DNA from: Paraphysomonas bandaiensis
Taxonomy: Eukaryota; Protista; Chrysophyceae
Assembly: GCA_965644295.1 (NCBI GenBank)
Contig: CBFFRP010000127.1
Span: forward strand, 197,136 to 261,135
Reading direction: 5' to 3'
Length of the DNA: 64,000 nt
A program made the position numbers and the translations under genes. Positions 50,450 through 61,997 of the stretch are shown one piece after another (position 1 is the first letter of the stretch; every line of letters starts with the position of its first letter). The notes beneath the pieces were generated by a model. That model was not told the origin of the DNA and did no database searches. It saw nothing but the letters and a program-made list of their open reading frames with translations.

Positions 50450-51480
50450 TGAAAGTCTTTTTATTTATCAATAGGCGTTGAGAACTCGTTCCAATATAGT
50501 GGCTAGTTGAATGCTAGACATACTAGTTAGACCTCTACCCATAACTAATCAGCACAAATTCTATTATCCTACTAGTTAGCGCTACAGAAGCTGCTTGTGC
50601 AACCACTTCCGTTCTTGAAGTTGTTTTTGAGTTTCGCCCTGCTCGTGTGTCTGAGGACTCACTGGCGCGTATTGTGCGGGGGTCTCCCCTTGGGATAAGG
50701 TTCCGCCTGGCTCGGAGGTACAGGGTTCTGTATTAAGGTCCTGAGTGTACCGAGCACTAGATGTGTGTGCTGAGAGGTTGATGGTGTGGTGGAATGTGGC
50801 GGTGTCTCCGTGCACCGTCTGGGCGTCAGGCATAGGTGGAGTTGCCGGAGACGGCGTCGCCGCTGTCTAGGGCCTGATGGTTTCATACGGTCCGGTGCTA
50901 TGGTCCTTGGCGTATGATTGGTGGGGTTCATATGTGCGGTGGGCGGTGATCCAGTCTCGGTTCGTAGTAATCTTAGCACCCTTGGGCGTTTCCATTTCTG
51001 TCTATTATGTTTTGGACGCGGTCGCGGTAGTAGCCTAGGGGGTCCTTTCTGTAGGGTAACGTATCGTCTACTTCGATCTAGGATCATTAGCTTTGCTGCA
51101 GCGAAAAGCGGTAGAAGCAATTTGATGACCGCTGATTCGATGCTGCGCAGTCCTTGGGGTGTCGGTGACACATGGATGTGATCTCCAAAAACCGTCTCGA
51201 GTTGTGCAGTTGTGATATATGGTACCCGTCCAAAATCTCTCCACCTGTGGAACGGAGGGATTCCAGGCCCTGCTGGAGAGCCGCTGTAGTACAGTGGTGA
51301 TCGATTGGGGTAGTACCGGATTTCTCAGTTCTTCTTGAAGCGCATTTTAATGGCTGTGAAATGCAGACTCCCTTATCTGCGTTATGGCGTCATTTGTACA
51401 GTCTAGACACATGTGCTTGAGTACTTATCCTCCAGAACACCACGAAAAGGTGCGAGTCCGACTTTGTTGAGGGAGCAAAT
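50450..51480 (-). mobile_element. Longest LINE family A copy (ORF2 C-terminus + 3' UTR), degenerate
   Basis: A frameshifted GVLED..LKHMCLDC resembles the C-terminal CCHC knuckle of non-LTR ORF2. PQVERFWTGTI is shared with bases 1-35, and the family 3' tail lies at 50450-50615. Confidence 0.7.
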
Positions 51481-51800
51481 TCAGTTACTAGTTCACCAGA
51501 TGTGGCATAAATATGATGTAAAGTGATTAGATTAATAATTATAACGCTTCTTGGAAGTGCGCTGTGTGATACAAAGCAAGTTCAAAGATTACGTGAAGAA
51601 CATGATTAACTTTAGTGAAATAAAAGTCCAATACTGTCAGAAAAATATATCAAAAAATTTAGTGATTTTTTATACAAACTGCAATCATATAATAGTTGGT
51701 AATTTATTTATACATGTATCCTGCACCACACTATACGGTTGGCGTCATTCGGTCGAATATCCAAATAGATTCATAGTTTCTTCCAGCGTCCGGATAAAAT

Positions 51801-54390
51801 TTACTCCTTTCCACAGAGTATATTCTTCAGACACACACCGACAACAGATACTAAAATAACAGCCGCAATCACGATGACTACAGTGTACACAGACACTTGC
51901 CAAAAGTCATTCGAGGCAGTACTATCATTCTCTTGTTCGTACGAATGTTGTCCTACTTCGCCAGATAAGACAAGGGCGTAAGGCTGGGGGCCCATTGGTA
52001 TAGAATACGGCGTTACTTTGACAGTATACTGTCCTCCAGGTGTAGGGTGATTTAGAATGATCAACTCCAAGTTGTTTTTGCGATCGTACTTCCCATCACT
52101 GTTGGTTACCATAGGGTAAAATGTATGGGTCGAATTGCTTAGCTCGATATCCAAGTCATTTATAAGGGCATTACTTGTACCGAAAGCTCCAGGATAATCC
52201 TATGCACCACTTATTTGTCATTACACATAGATTACAGTAATTATATTCTCACCGTGTAGCTTAATGTAACACGTATTGGTTTAGGTGCCGATACATTCGC
52301 GACGGTAAAAGAATATTCGTGCGGTGCATCACTCGAAGATAACTCCGCATACCGCTCACTTGTATTATCTATTGCGCCCATTACAAATAGGGTCAGGCCA
52401 TCTCTCGTGGCATTAGTAAATCCGAGCGAATTACTCAACTGAGTCCGCCCGTATCCCTGATTGAAATCCCCCTGTGATGTAGAAGTATCAGCGTAGTCAC
52501 TGTAAACAATGGCCGTAAGAGCCTCAGCCCCATGAACTAACATGGCCTTCACAAGTGACCCTGAGGGAACAAAGCCATCAGCATTTCTTCTAGATCCGCT
52601 TGGATAGAACCCTGTCATGAAGTATTCTCGCACCACGGCAGCATGTCCAGCTAGCAATGGGGCAGAGAATGAAGTACCCTGAACACGAGTGCGAGAGAAG
52701 TGAACGTCCTCAGTCCATGGGGACTCGTGTGTTGCAGTCATTACCAACGCACCTACATACATCCACGTGTTATCGACACTACGCAAACAACAATAAGAGC
52801 AACACAGCACGTACACAATAGTGCATGAAGTAAATCATACACAAAACCACTTACCAACACCACATACGTCAGGCTTTAACCTCCCGTCATCTGTCGGACC
52901 TCTCGACGAGAAGCCTGCGAGTGAATTCTTGTTGGTGTATTGAGCTATGCGCCTGTTTACAGACACCCCTCTCCAGCTCTGTGCGCTATTGAAACTCGCA
53001 CCAACTCCGACACCGTTCTTGGCTGTGGCTGGAGAACCAACACTATTACTCGAATCATCAGAATCTCCCTCATTTCCTGCTGCCATTAGCACCACTGCAT
53101 CCGGATTGTCCCACATAAACTGATCAACATTCCTGTCACACCACGTGGGAGGAGATTACAAAACTATCCAATTTAAATATATATCCACCACCCACCTTGC
53201 ATCCACAGTGTATCCATTGGCTGATGTACCCCATGATATACTCATAACCCTAGCTCCTGTGTCGTACTGCCTCGACAATAGCTGATCGTTTACATTTGCA
53301 GGCACCATCAGGTTACCGTCTTCCCCAATATCAAAAAAAGCGATTTTGCTTTCGTACGCAGCACCATTGAACTGCCCAGCTTTGGAATCCATTTCACAAT
53401 TACCAACAGCCACACCTGATACCTGTGTACCATGTCCAGTCGAATCGACATTGTCCCCGTAAGTGTCATAGTATACAATCTTGCGGTGATTGAGATTGAG
53501 TTCATCGTACGGAAAATCAGAATAGGGGTCGAAAAAGTAGCACGACGTGTTATCAATTCCGGTGTCTGAGATGCCAATGATTTGGTCCTTTCCCCAAAGG
53601 CCTGCTGCATGTATTGCAGGTGCATTGTCGTTCCCGGTTTGTGTTAATCCATTGGCCCACTTCATTTGTAACTTCACCTCTTTTCTCTCTTCCACCCACA
53701 AGACCTCCGACATGTTTGACAAAAATTTTGCCGATTCTTCCACCATATTGCACTGCACAGTTAGCATAACTATACTATATGCATAGTCGGGACGCAAGTT
53801 ATCCATGTCCCACACATGTATATCAGATGGGAGAGATAAAAGGCTAGCTTCAAACTTTATCAAATCTTCGCTGCTCATACCCACCACAACTACTTGAAGA
53901 AACACATCTGACATGGAATCTTCACATTCTGAATTCAATACAATATCATTATCCACTTTCATGTCTGGAAGCAGAGGCTGAATATCAGACACGGCTTCAT
54001 TATTTTTAAGAATTAACTTCATAGAATCAATGTCGCCGTGCACAATCCCGCTTTTTGCACCGATAGCTGAATACTGAGTGTTAGATGATAAATAGGACCG
54101 CATAGTTGCATGACAGTCGCCGTCACAATTGCTTCCATACTCCACTACAAAGGGGTGTTTTACGGCATCTGGAATTGACCGCATGAACACTTGTTGGCTC
54201 TGTCGGAGAGCCTCATCACTGGCAAACCTGCGTACAGAGTCACCCCATACAACGACACTGCATCACACTGCCCTGCAGCGTACCTGTATCCGCTCCTAAA
54301 CACCTGTAGTGTATCTCTGGACTGCTGAGAGGCAGCCGCACATACCATAACACCAAACCAATAGAATATAAACAACATATATGGAGACAT
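51801..54390 (-). CDS. Subtilisin-like S8 serine protease (KP-43 type) with signal peptide and C-terminal TM helix, multi-exon; 3' end uncertain
   Basis: Triad ISDTGID / GHGTQV / GTSFSAP, oxyanion AAGNEG, SPATAKNG, FSSRGPTDDGRLKPD, QGYGR, NNLE; TM VYTVVIVIAAVILVSVVGV. Confidence 0.92.
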
Positions 54391-54832
54391 CGCAGTCGCT
54401 CTATCTGACAGTTAACTGTGAGCATCTTATGAGAGATAATTAAAAGAACAGTTAATGGTTTCTTTAATTACGTGGAAGCGCAGAGATTGTGCAGCGGGTG
54501 ATTAAGAATACATCTGACTCGGATGCATGTCAGTGTGGTTCAGTGGATTCATTCTATTCTTTCTTCGTGTACTCGTATACATGTACAGCTCGACTCGTAC
54601 CTTCCACAGGTACACTACATATAGAAATGTGGCCTTTTTAGATTTTTTGGAATTCAAAACACCAAACAATTCATATAAAACAGTGAAATTTGTTGGAAGA
54701 ATCGCTTCTGGATTGAATGTGTACAAAAGCAAGTTCAAAGTCAACGTGGGAAGTTGAAGTTAGGCGAAGTTTCTCATAACAAATCATGAGTATGCTCTCG
54801 TCTTGTCAACATAAAGATTAATCGATAAACTA

Positions 54833-56151
54833 ATGGGCTCTGGAGTGTCTCATCACTTGCAAAACGATGCGAAAGCATTGGAAGCGAGTCGGAATGCAGT
54901 TACCGATCTCTTCGTTCGAGAAAGTGTTCGATTGAACAGCTGTCCGGATCTAACTGAAGAACAAGTATTTCAGGAATTTAAAAGTGTTTTAGCGCAAAAT
55001 GAACAAGAGATCTTAGCTCAGATGGCGCGCGCTCATCATGAAGATAGACCTGCTTGTTCTCTCGATACGGACTTCGACACGATGAAGAAAAATATCACTC
55101 ATGGTCACGAAATTGCGAAGAAAAAAGAGGCTCTGAACTTTTTGTGCTGTGTGGATGGAAGTGCTGCAGCAGATGCAGCGTTTCGAACTGTCCTTCATTT
55201 GCGGCGAAAGCACGATCATATATGTATGTTTTATGCCTATGACGAGGACTATGATGCCTTAAACAAGCATAAGAAGTTTTATCCTGAAATTATGCGTCAA
55301 CGGTATGAGGGACAACTAGTTCAACTTAATTCAGAAACGAACGAAAAGTGTTATTCTTTCCATTTTGTACCTCGTGGCGACAGAGGTGAGATATTAGTTG
55401 ATTGGAGCCTGTCCTTACTCATTTGCAGAGGTGGTTGACATCATGAGAGAATACTTGCATACCTACAGACCCACAGAAGAAGACCTTGCAGCCAATAACG
55501 GGGAATATGATAAGCTTGAACAGTTTCAGGACACTATAGTTCTACGTGACCGCCCTGATTTCATTGTGTTGGGACGAACCGGGGGATCTCATGGACATCA
55601 GGAGCACAAAGCAGACACTGATACGTCAGGTAGGAATATATTCGCTTTAAATTTCTAAATAACGTTTAAATAAAGCTCCCTATCAAGAAACTGCAATGGG
55701 GTCTACCACAGATCTAGCCCTTCGGACTATTACGTCTCCGTGTATAATAGTACGAGTTGCAAATCTATCGAATCAACGCACTTTTGTGATGTCTGTTGAC
55801 GACTCTGTATATTCTAAACAAGGGTTACAGGTTTTGTACCGATTGATGACTCCTCGAGATACTCTGAAGGTGCTTCACATAAGTTTCAGAGATGAGGACG
55901 ATGGCCATATAAAGGAGATAGAAAACTATTATACTTCCGAACTGGCTACCCATGGGCCTGTGAACAGTCAGTTTATAACCCTTTCTTTACGCGGCAACAT
56001 GCTTGTAAACGCAATATGTGATTATGCGCACTCCATCAATTGCGATTTCCTTGCCCTGGCACCGAGAGCTATTGGTAACAAACGCGTCTCCAGTATTACG
56101 GAGGACATCATATCCTCTGCTAAGTGTAATATTGTGCTATGTAAAAACTAA
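54833..56151 (+). CDS. Protein with two universal stress protein (USP)-like domains, 3 exons
   Basis: FLCCVDGSAAADAAF, PDFIVLG, MGSTTDLALR..PCIIV; second domain FVMSVDDS, CDFLAL, SSITEDIISSAKCNIVL; N-terminal MGSG myristoylation-like motif. Confidence 0.82.
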
Positions 56152-56712
56152 TTCCCACATGATGTTGCTGCCAATATGTTATTGTTACATAGGGAACTAT
56201 GGCAGCATAGAGCATAGTATATATATCGTATTTATGTAAGGTGTGTGCCGTTCAATTGCTCATATTAATATAACTTTTCATAACTGGTGGTAAGCCCTTT
56301 TGTTTAATACTCATATTCGTAACTGTGTGTGTTAAATACTTTTCGAAGATTGACTACAACTTGAAATACTAACAACACGAAACGATGCGATTCATACCAT
56401 AGCACAAAGAAATCACCACACTCAGTATTGGACAATTGGGGTTAGCAAAAATACATACAACGCCTCAGTCACTATAAAATAGTATTATGTTACTAAAGCT
56501 GAAGTGATAACAATGATCATGTTCTAAATTAAGCTAGGTACACAAGATGTAAAAGGAACAGCATGGTATACATAGTCAGATTTAATGTATATACAATATC
56601 ACACAGATTACACACGCTACCTAGTATACTCAACACCAGTACATGGTGCACAAGGATCCCATTTGAATTACTTAAACTCGAGAGGAGGCATTGCATATCT
56701 TCACACCTACAG

Positions 56713-56924
56713 TACATACATACATACATACATACATACATACATACATACATACATACATACATACATACATACATACATACATACATACATACATACA
56801 TACATACATACATACATACATACATACATACATACATACATACATACATACATACATACATACATACATACATACATACATACATACATACATACATACA
56901 TACATACATACATACATACATACA

Positions 56925-56955
<31 letters not shown>

Positions 56956-57718
56956 GTACATACATACATACATATGTACATACATACATACATATATACA
57001 TACATACATACATACATACATACATACATACATACATACATACATACATACATACATACATACATACATACATACATACATACATACATACATACATACA
57101 TACATACATACATACATACATACATACATACATAATGTACATACATACATACATACATACATACATACATACATACATACATACATACATACATACATAC
57201 ATACATACATACATACATACATACATACATACATACATACATACATACATACATACATACATACATACATACATACATACATACATACATACATACATAC
57301 ATACATACATACATACATACATACATACAGTCATACATTCATACATACATACATACATACATACATACTGTACATACATACATACATACATACATACATA
57401 CATACATACATACATACATACATACATACATACATACATACATACATACATACATACATACATACATACATACATACATACATACATACATACATACATA
57501 CATACATACATACATACATACATACATACATACATACATACATACATACATACATACATACATACATACATACATACATACATACATACTATACGTACGT
57601 ACATACATACATACATACATACATACATACATACATACATACATACATACATACATACATACATACATACATACATACATACATACATACATACATACAT
57701 ACATACATACATACATAC
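56713..57718. repeat. (TACA)n tetranucleotide microsatellite, about 1 kb
   Basis: Near-perfect tandem TACA with a few interruptions. Confidence 0.99.
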
Positions 57719-57925
57719 TGTAGCTGGCCGACACTAAGAGAATGTAGACTAGGAATATATGGTTATTATGCATATAAGAATCATGTATGTATAGACTGGC
57801 ATGAAGCAACTGCCTATCGCTATATCACGATCCTGAAGGGATGTGCCCAAAGCAATCCCTGAAGGAGAGTGATCGCAAATCTAAAAACCTAAGGTTTTCC
57901 CAAAAGGCAGGGGTTTCATGCCACA
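57719..57925 (-). repeat. 3' LTR (207 bp)
   Basis: Minus strand TGTGGC...GCTACA, preceded by the PPT AAAAAAAAGGAGGGAAGGGGTAG (57926-57948). Confidence 0.95.
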
Positions 57926-58115
57926 CTACCCCTTCCCTCCTTTTTTTTGAAAAAAAACCTGGCATTTAGCCTACGAAAACTACTACTCCTAAAAAAATCA
58001 CCACTACTACCCTACATCTCACTCCAAGCATTATTCTGACTTACGAGAACCTTATCATAGGTGTCCACTACATGGACAGAGCGGATTTTAACCGTCAAAA
58101 CTCATAATCCCTAAA

Positions 58116-61100
58116 CTAACTCGACGAGCCCTCCTCCTCAGACTGGGCCTCTTCTTCCGTCGAATCAACTGACCTGGAGCGCTTCTTTCCCCTCTTGGGT
58201 AATAGGGCCCGAACAAGATAGTTAGAGTGGGACCTCAGGTATCTTAGCAATGCCTCTGAACCTCGCACTGTCTTCCAAGACTCCCAAGTCGGTACACTAT
58301 AATTAGACCAAAACACCTCAAAGTATAAGTCAAATCGTGACCCTTTAACATCCCCTCGCATGTTCGTTATTTTCTCCATCACAAACTCGGCGCCCTCTGT
58401 GTCATCCCGTAACGCAATCTGCACCGGGTCTTCCACCCTCGGATCATAACAGAACGGACGTAACTTCGAGATATGATGCTTCGTCGTGCCTCTGGTCAAA
58501 AGACTCTGCACTGTATAAATTCCACCATCTATTGCCACCACCTTCATGGGGCCTTTTAAATAGGGTAATAACTTGCTCGGAGGACCCTTCCTCAACGAGT
58601 TATGGCGATATTCCACTAGCACCAAAGCCCCTACCGGATATGAGGATATACCCTCCGGCATATTAGACTCAATATGATGCTGGTCTCGGATACGCAAATT
58701 CTGTTGTGCATACGCCCTAACCTTATCCTGAGCGACAAGTCTGTCTGCCACCCATTGTGATAAATCTCGACTCTCCCGAGATGATAAATTCTTTCTATCC
58801 AAAATGAAGCCCGCATCCAGATTTATGGCTTTACCATACACCAGTTCTGCTGGGGCCACCCCAGTTGATCCATGTACAGACGCATTCAAGATGCGCTGCA
58901 CCATTGGTAATACATCAGACCACCACTTTAAAGCAACTCGCTCGAAAATGATGTTCCGCAAATGTCGAAGAATCTCTTTATTCTCCCTCTCGACCATGCC
59001 ATTTTCCTCCTTCGAGTACTCGATTGTAAAAGAGTGGTTGACACCCAACAAAGCAGTTATCTCACGAATGATATCCGCAATAAACGCCTTGCCCTTATCC
59101 GAGGTAAGTTTACAAATCGAGCACATCGAAAATCTACCAAAATATTGAATCAACGCTCGGGCTGTATCTTTCGCCGATATGCCTTTCGTGGGGAATAACT
59201 CAACCCACCTCGCGAAGGCATCAATCAGCACTAATATACTCGTAAACCCATATTCATCCGGCATCAAGCCTTCAATATAATCCATATAAATACATTCTCC
59301 CATCGAGTATTTCGACAGTGTAAATGGACGAACCCACACAGATGGTTTCAACGTTGACATTTTCTGACAACACACACATCTCTTAATAAAAGTTATTACA
59401 TGCTGACGCATGTTCCTCCAATTGTTGTTGCTCCCTCGCAACTTCCCCATGGTTCGTTCTACCCCATGGTGACCCACTACACTATTGTGACAGGTCTTAA
59501 TAACTTTCCAGAAGCGACTCGGGATATGCTCACACTCTGTATCCTGCTCTACCTCAAGGCACTGCTCGAGTGAAGAACAGACATTTTCACCGATTTCATC
59601 GGATGCGTCCACCCCACAAATTCGACTAAGAGCGTCAGCAATCACATTGAGTTCTCCTGCCAAATGTTCGAAGGTAACATCAAACGACTGAAAACACATA
59701 AACCAACGCTGTACACGCTTTAGATGACCGTATTCTTGCTTAAGCTGGCGTAAGTTGTCGTGATCCGTTCGAACAATAAAACGTCGATCTCTCAACAAGT
59801 ATTCCCACTTATTCAAGGCATAGAATATGGCAAATCCTTCCTGCTCACAGGTATGCCATTTTGCCAAGGTTGAGTCGAACGCCTTACTAATCATCCCAAT
59901 CGTGCGCTCGTGACCCTCCACGATTTGCACTAAATGAGCTCCAATCCCTATTATTGATGCATCAGTATATAGATAGATGGGGGAAACATCATCCATAAAA
60001 AATAATAAAGGACACTCATGAATTCGCTCCTTGAGCGCATCGAATGCTCCCGTGGCCTCCTCTGACCAGTCTAGCACTCTTCGACGCGCCTGAGCCTTTG
60101 TATAATTCCCCAACATCGCATGCAAAGGTTTCGCTATAAGCGCATAATCGCGAACACAATCTCTTACAAAATTTGCCACTCCCATAAAATGCTTTAACTG
60201 CTTTTGGGTATTTGGCTTCGGGATGGCTACAATACTATCCACCCGTTCCCTCGTGAAGGTATGACCCCACTCATTTATCTTATGGCCAACGGCCTCTACT
60301 TCCGACACCCCAAAGACACACTTCTTAGGATTCACTGTCAGACCAAATTTCTTAAACCTTGCCAATACGGCAGTTAAGTTCTCAATGAGCTCTTCCTCTG
60401 AGCTAGCAAAAATAATGCAATCATCAAGATAAATTTCACAAATCTTATAAACCAGACCCGCCAGCACTAGACTTTGCATTTGCCGCTGGAAATAAGATGG
60501 AGCGCCTTTCAAACCCATGGGGAGCCGGAGCCACTCGTACACCCCGTTTTGAGTAATAAAAGCAATCCAAGTACGGGATCGTTTGCCCACTGGCGCCTGA
60601 TGATATCCAGACGTGAGGTCCATCACAACAAAGAATTTAGGACGCTTCTCACCAATCCTATATATCATATCTCTTATATTAGGAATTGGCCAGCTTTCGG
60701 AAGTCGTGACCCGATTCAAATTTTTATAGTCCAATACCAACCGCCATTTATTACCTGGCTTCGGCACCACAAAGGGATGACTGTAATGCGTGGCTGTGCT
60801 AGGTTGGATTGCTCCTAACCTCTCTAGCTTATCCACCAAACGTTGGAGCTCGCGCTGGCGACTCCTGTCTAACCTCCTGGGAGGCAACTTATTTGCCGGT
60901 ATAAACCACGTTTCAGACGGGTTCCGGACTTCCAACTCAAACGGCTCCAGCTTGGCTGGTTCCCCCTTACGAATTTCTAGTCGGAATATCTCCTTGTATT
61001 CCTCCAGGACATCCCGGATACGACTCTGTAAACTCGGGGAACCAAATATCTTATCTGGAAGCACTTGCGGATCCTTTTCCGCACTTAAATAATCAGAATC

Positions 61101-61997
61101 AATAGATTCCAATTGATCATCGCGAATTTCCTTCATATTCTCTCGGTCCCATGCGGACCTGGTTGAGAAGTTAGAAGGGTCCTCGACCCCCAGAGAGAGC
61201 AACTGCTCGTCCACTGGGTATGACCAATCTTCGCCACTGTCACTGATACCTATCTCGAGTGGAGCTAACTCGCTCTTCACCCCAAGATCATAATTCTTGC
61301 GTAGCGGTAGACGAACGCTGGCTCGTTCCCCCCCACAAGGGTAAGACGCGTGCACGCCCAGGCCAAGAGACACTGCTCCCCCAGACTGATCATCTCTCTC
61401 TCTCGCATGAGGGACTGCGCTGTTTCCCACTACGTTGGCTACCCGCCGAGCACTGTCTGCACTCATAAAAGCATTAGGGCAATGTACCACTAAATCTAGT
61501 TCTCGTACAGTTTGCACTCCTAATATAATGTCAAAATTTAAATCTAATTCCCAAGCAGTTATTCTAGCTTGCAACCCCGGTGGCTCCTTTGCCTCCGTAA
61601 GGATTTTTACATCAAAGGGTACACCCCTTCTACACAATGCAATAGCAGACTTAAAGCCACCCGCAATATTCTTAATTACAGGTATTGGAACAGAATCACT
61701 CTCTATCAACCACTGTACAACGTCTTTACTAATAAAGTTCGCCGACGCGCCAGTATCAAGCAGAGCCTTGCACATCCTTTCCTCCCCCTGTTCATTACAA
61801 ACCATTACTTCTATAAATGGTAGTGATGACAACGACTTAAGTGCCATAATGGCCATGACATCAGCGTCTAATTCGCAGGACTCACCCTTAGAGTTTCTCC
61901 CATACGAACCGCTCTGCGTAATCGACCAACCCCCGTTGGTAAGGTATGGTAACCCGTTCTCGCCAGAATATCCTTGGCCACCGCCGAGTCCCTCCAT
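58116..61997 (-). CDS. pol: Pol polyprotein: aspartic protease, RT, RNase H, integrase, chromodomain
   Basis: ALLDTGAS; WRLVLDYKNLN, MDLTSGYHQ, LPMGL, YLDD; YTDAS; H..HHG..CVCC, DAFARW, SDKG, ENGMVER; LKGPMKV (GPY/F-like); FVMEKIT..FEVFWSNYSVPTWE. Confidence 0.97.
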   Translation of the reverse strand: MEGLGGGQGYSGENGLPYLTNGGWSITQSGSYGRNSKGESCELDADVMAIMALKSLSSLPFIEVMVCNEQGEERMCKALLDTGASANFISKDVVQWLIESDSVPIPVIKNIAGGFKSAIALCRRGVPFDVKILTEAKEPPGLQARITAWELDLNFDIILGVQTVRELDLVVHCPNAFMSADSARRVANVVGNSAVPHARERDDQSGGAVSLGLGVHASYPCGGERASVRLPLRKNYDLGVKSELAPLEIGISDSGEDWSYPVDEQLLSLGVEDPSNFSTRSAWDRENMKEIRDDQLESIDSDYLSAEKDPQVLPDKIFGSPSLQSRIRDVLEEYKEIFRLEIRKGEPAKLEPFELEVRNPSETWFIPANKLPPRRLDRSRQRELQRLVDKLERLGAIQPSTATHYSHPFVVPKPGNKWRLVLDYKNLNRVTTSESWPIPNIRDMIYRIGEKRPKFFVVMDLTSGYHQAPVGKRSRTWIAFITQNGVYEWLRLPMGLKGAPSYFQRQMQSLVLAGLVYKICEIYLDDCIIFASSEEELIENLTAVLARFKKFGLTVNPKKCVFGVSEVEAVGHKINEWGHTFTRERVDSIVAIPKPNTQKQLKHFMGVANFVRDCVRDYALIAKPLHAMLGNYTKAQARRRVLDWSEEATGAFDALKERIHECPLLFFMDDVSPIYLYTDASIIGIGAHLVQIVEGHERTIGMISKAFDSTLAKWHTCEQEGFAIFYALNKWEYLLRDRRFIVRTDHDNLRQLKQEYGHLKRVQRWFMCFQSFDVTFEHLAGELNVIADALSRICGVDASDEIGENVCSSLEQCLEVEQDTECEHIPSRFWKVIKTCHNSVVGHHGVERTMGKLRGSNNNWRNMRQHVITFIKRCVCCQKMSTLKPSVWVRPFTLSKYSMGECIYMDYIEGLMPDEYGFTSILVLIDAFARWVELFPTKGISAKDTARALIQYFGRFSMCSICKLTSDKGKAFIADIIREITALLGVNHSFTIEYSKEENGMVERENKEILRHLRNIIFERVALKWWSDVLPMVQRILNASVHGSTGVAPAELVYGKAINLDAGFILDRKNLSSRESRDLSQWVADRLVAQDKVRAYAQQNLRIRDQHHIESNMPEGISSYPVGALVLVEYRHNSLRKGPPSKLLPYLKGPMKVVAIDGGIYTVQSLLTRGTTKHHISKLRPFCYDPRVEDPVQIALRDDTEGAEFVMEKITNMRGDVKGSRFDLYFEVFWSNYSVPTWESWKTVRGSEALLRYLRSHSNYLVRALLPKRGKKRSRSVDSTEEEAQSEEEGSSS

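Noticed and set aside
56713-57718. Telomere or CRISPR interpretation of the tandem array
   Set aside because: It is internal, has a 4-nt unit with no G-run, and has no unique spacers.
56529-57862. Long YIHT / MYVC repeat ORFs
   Set aside because: Artefacts of the stop-free (TACA)n microsatellite.
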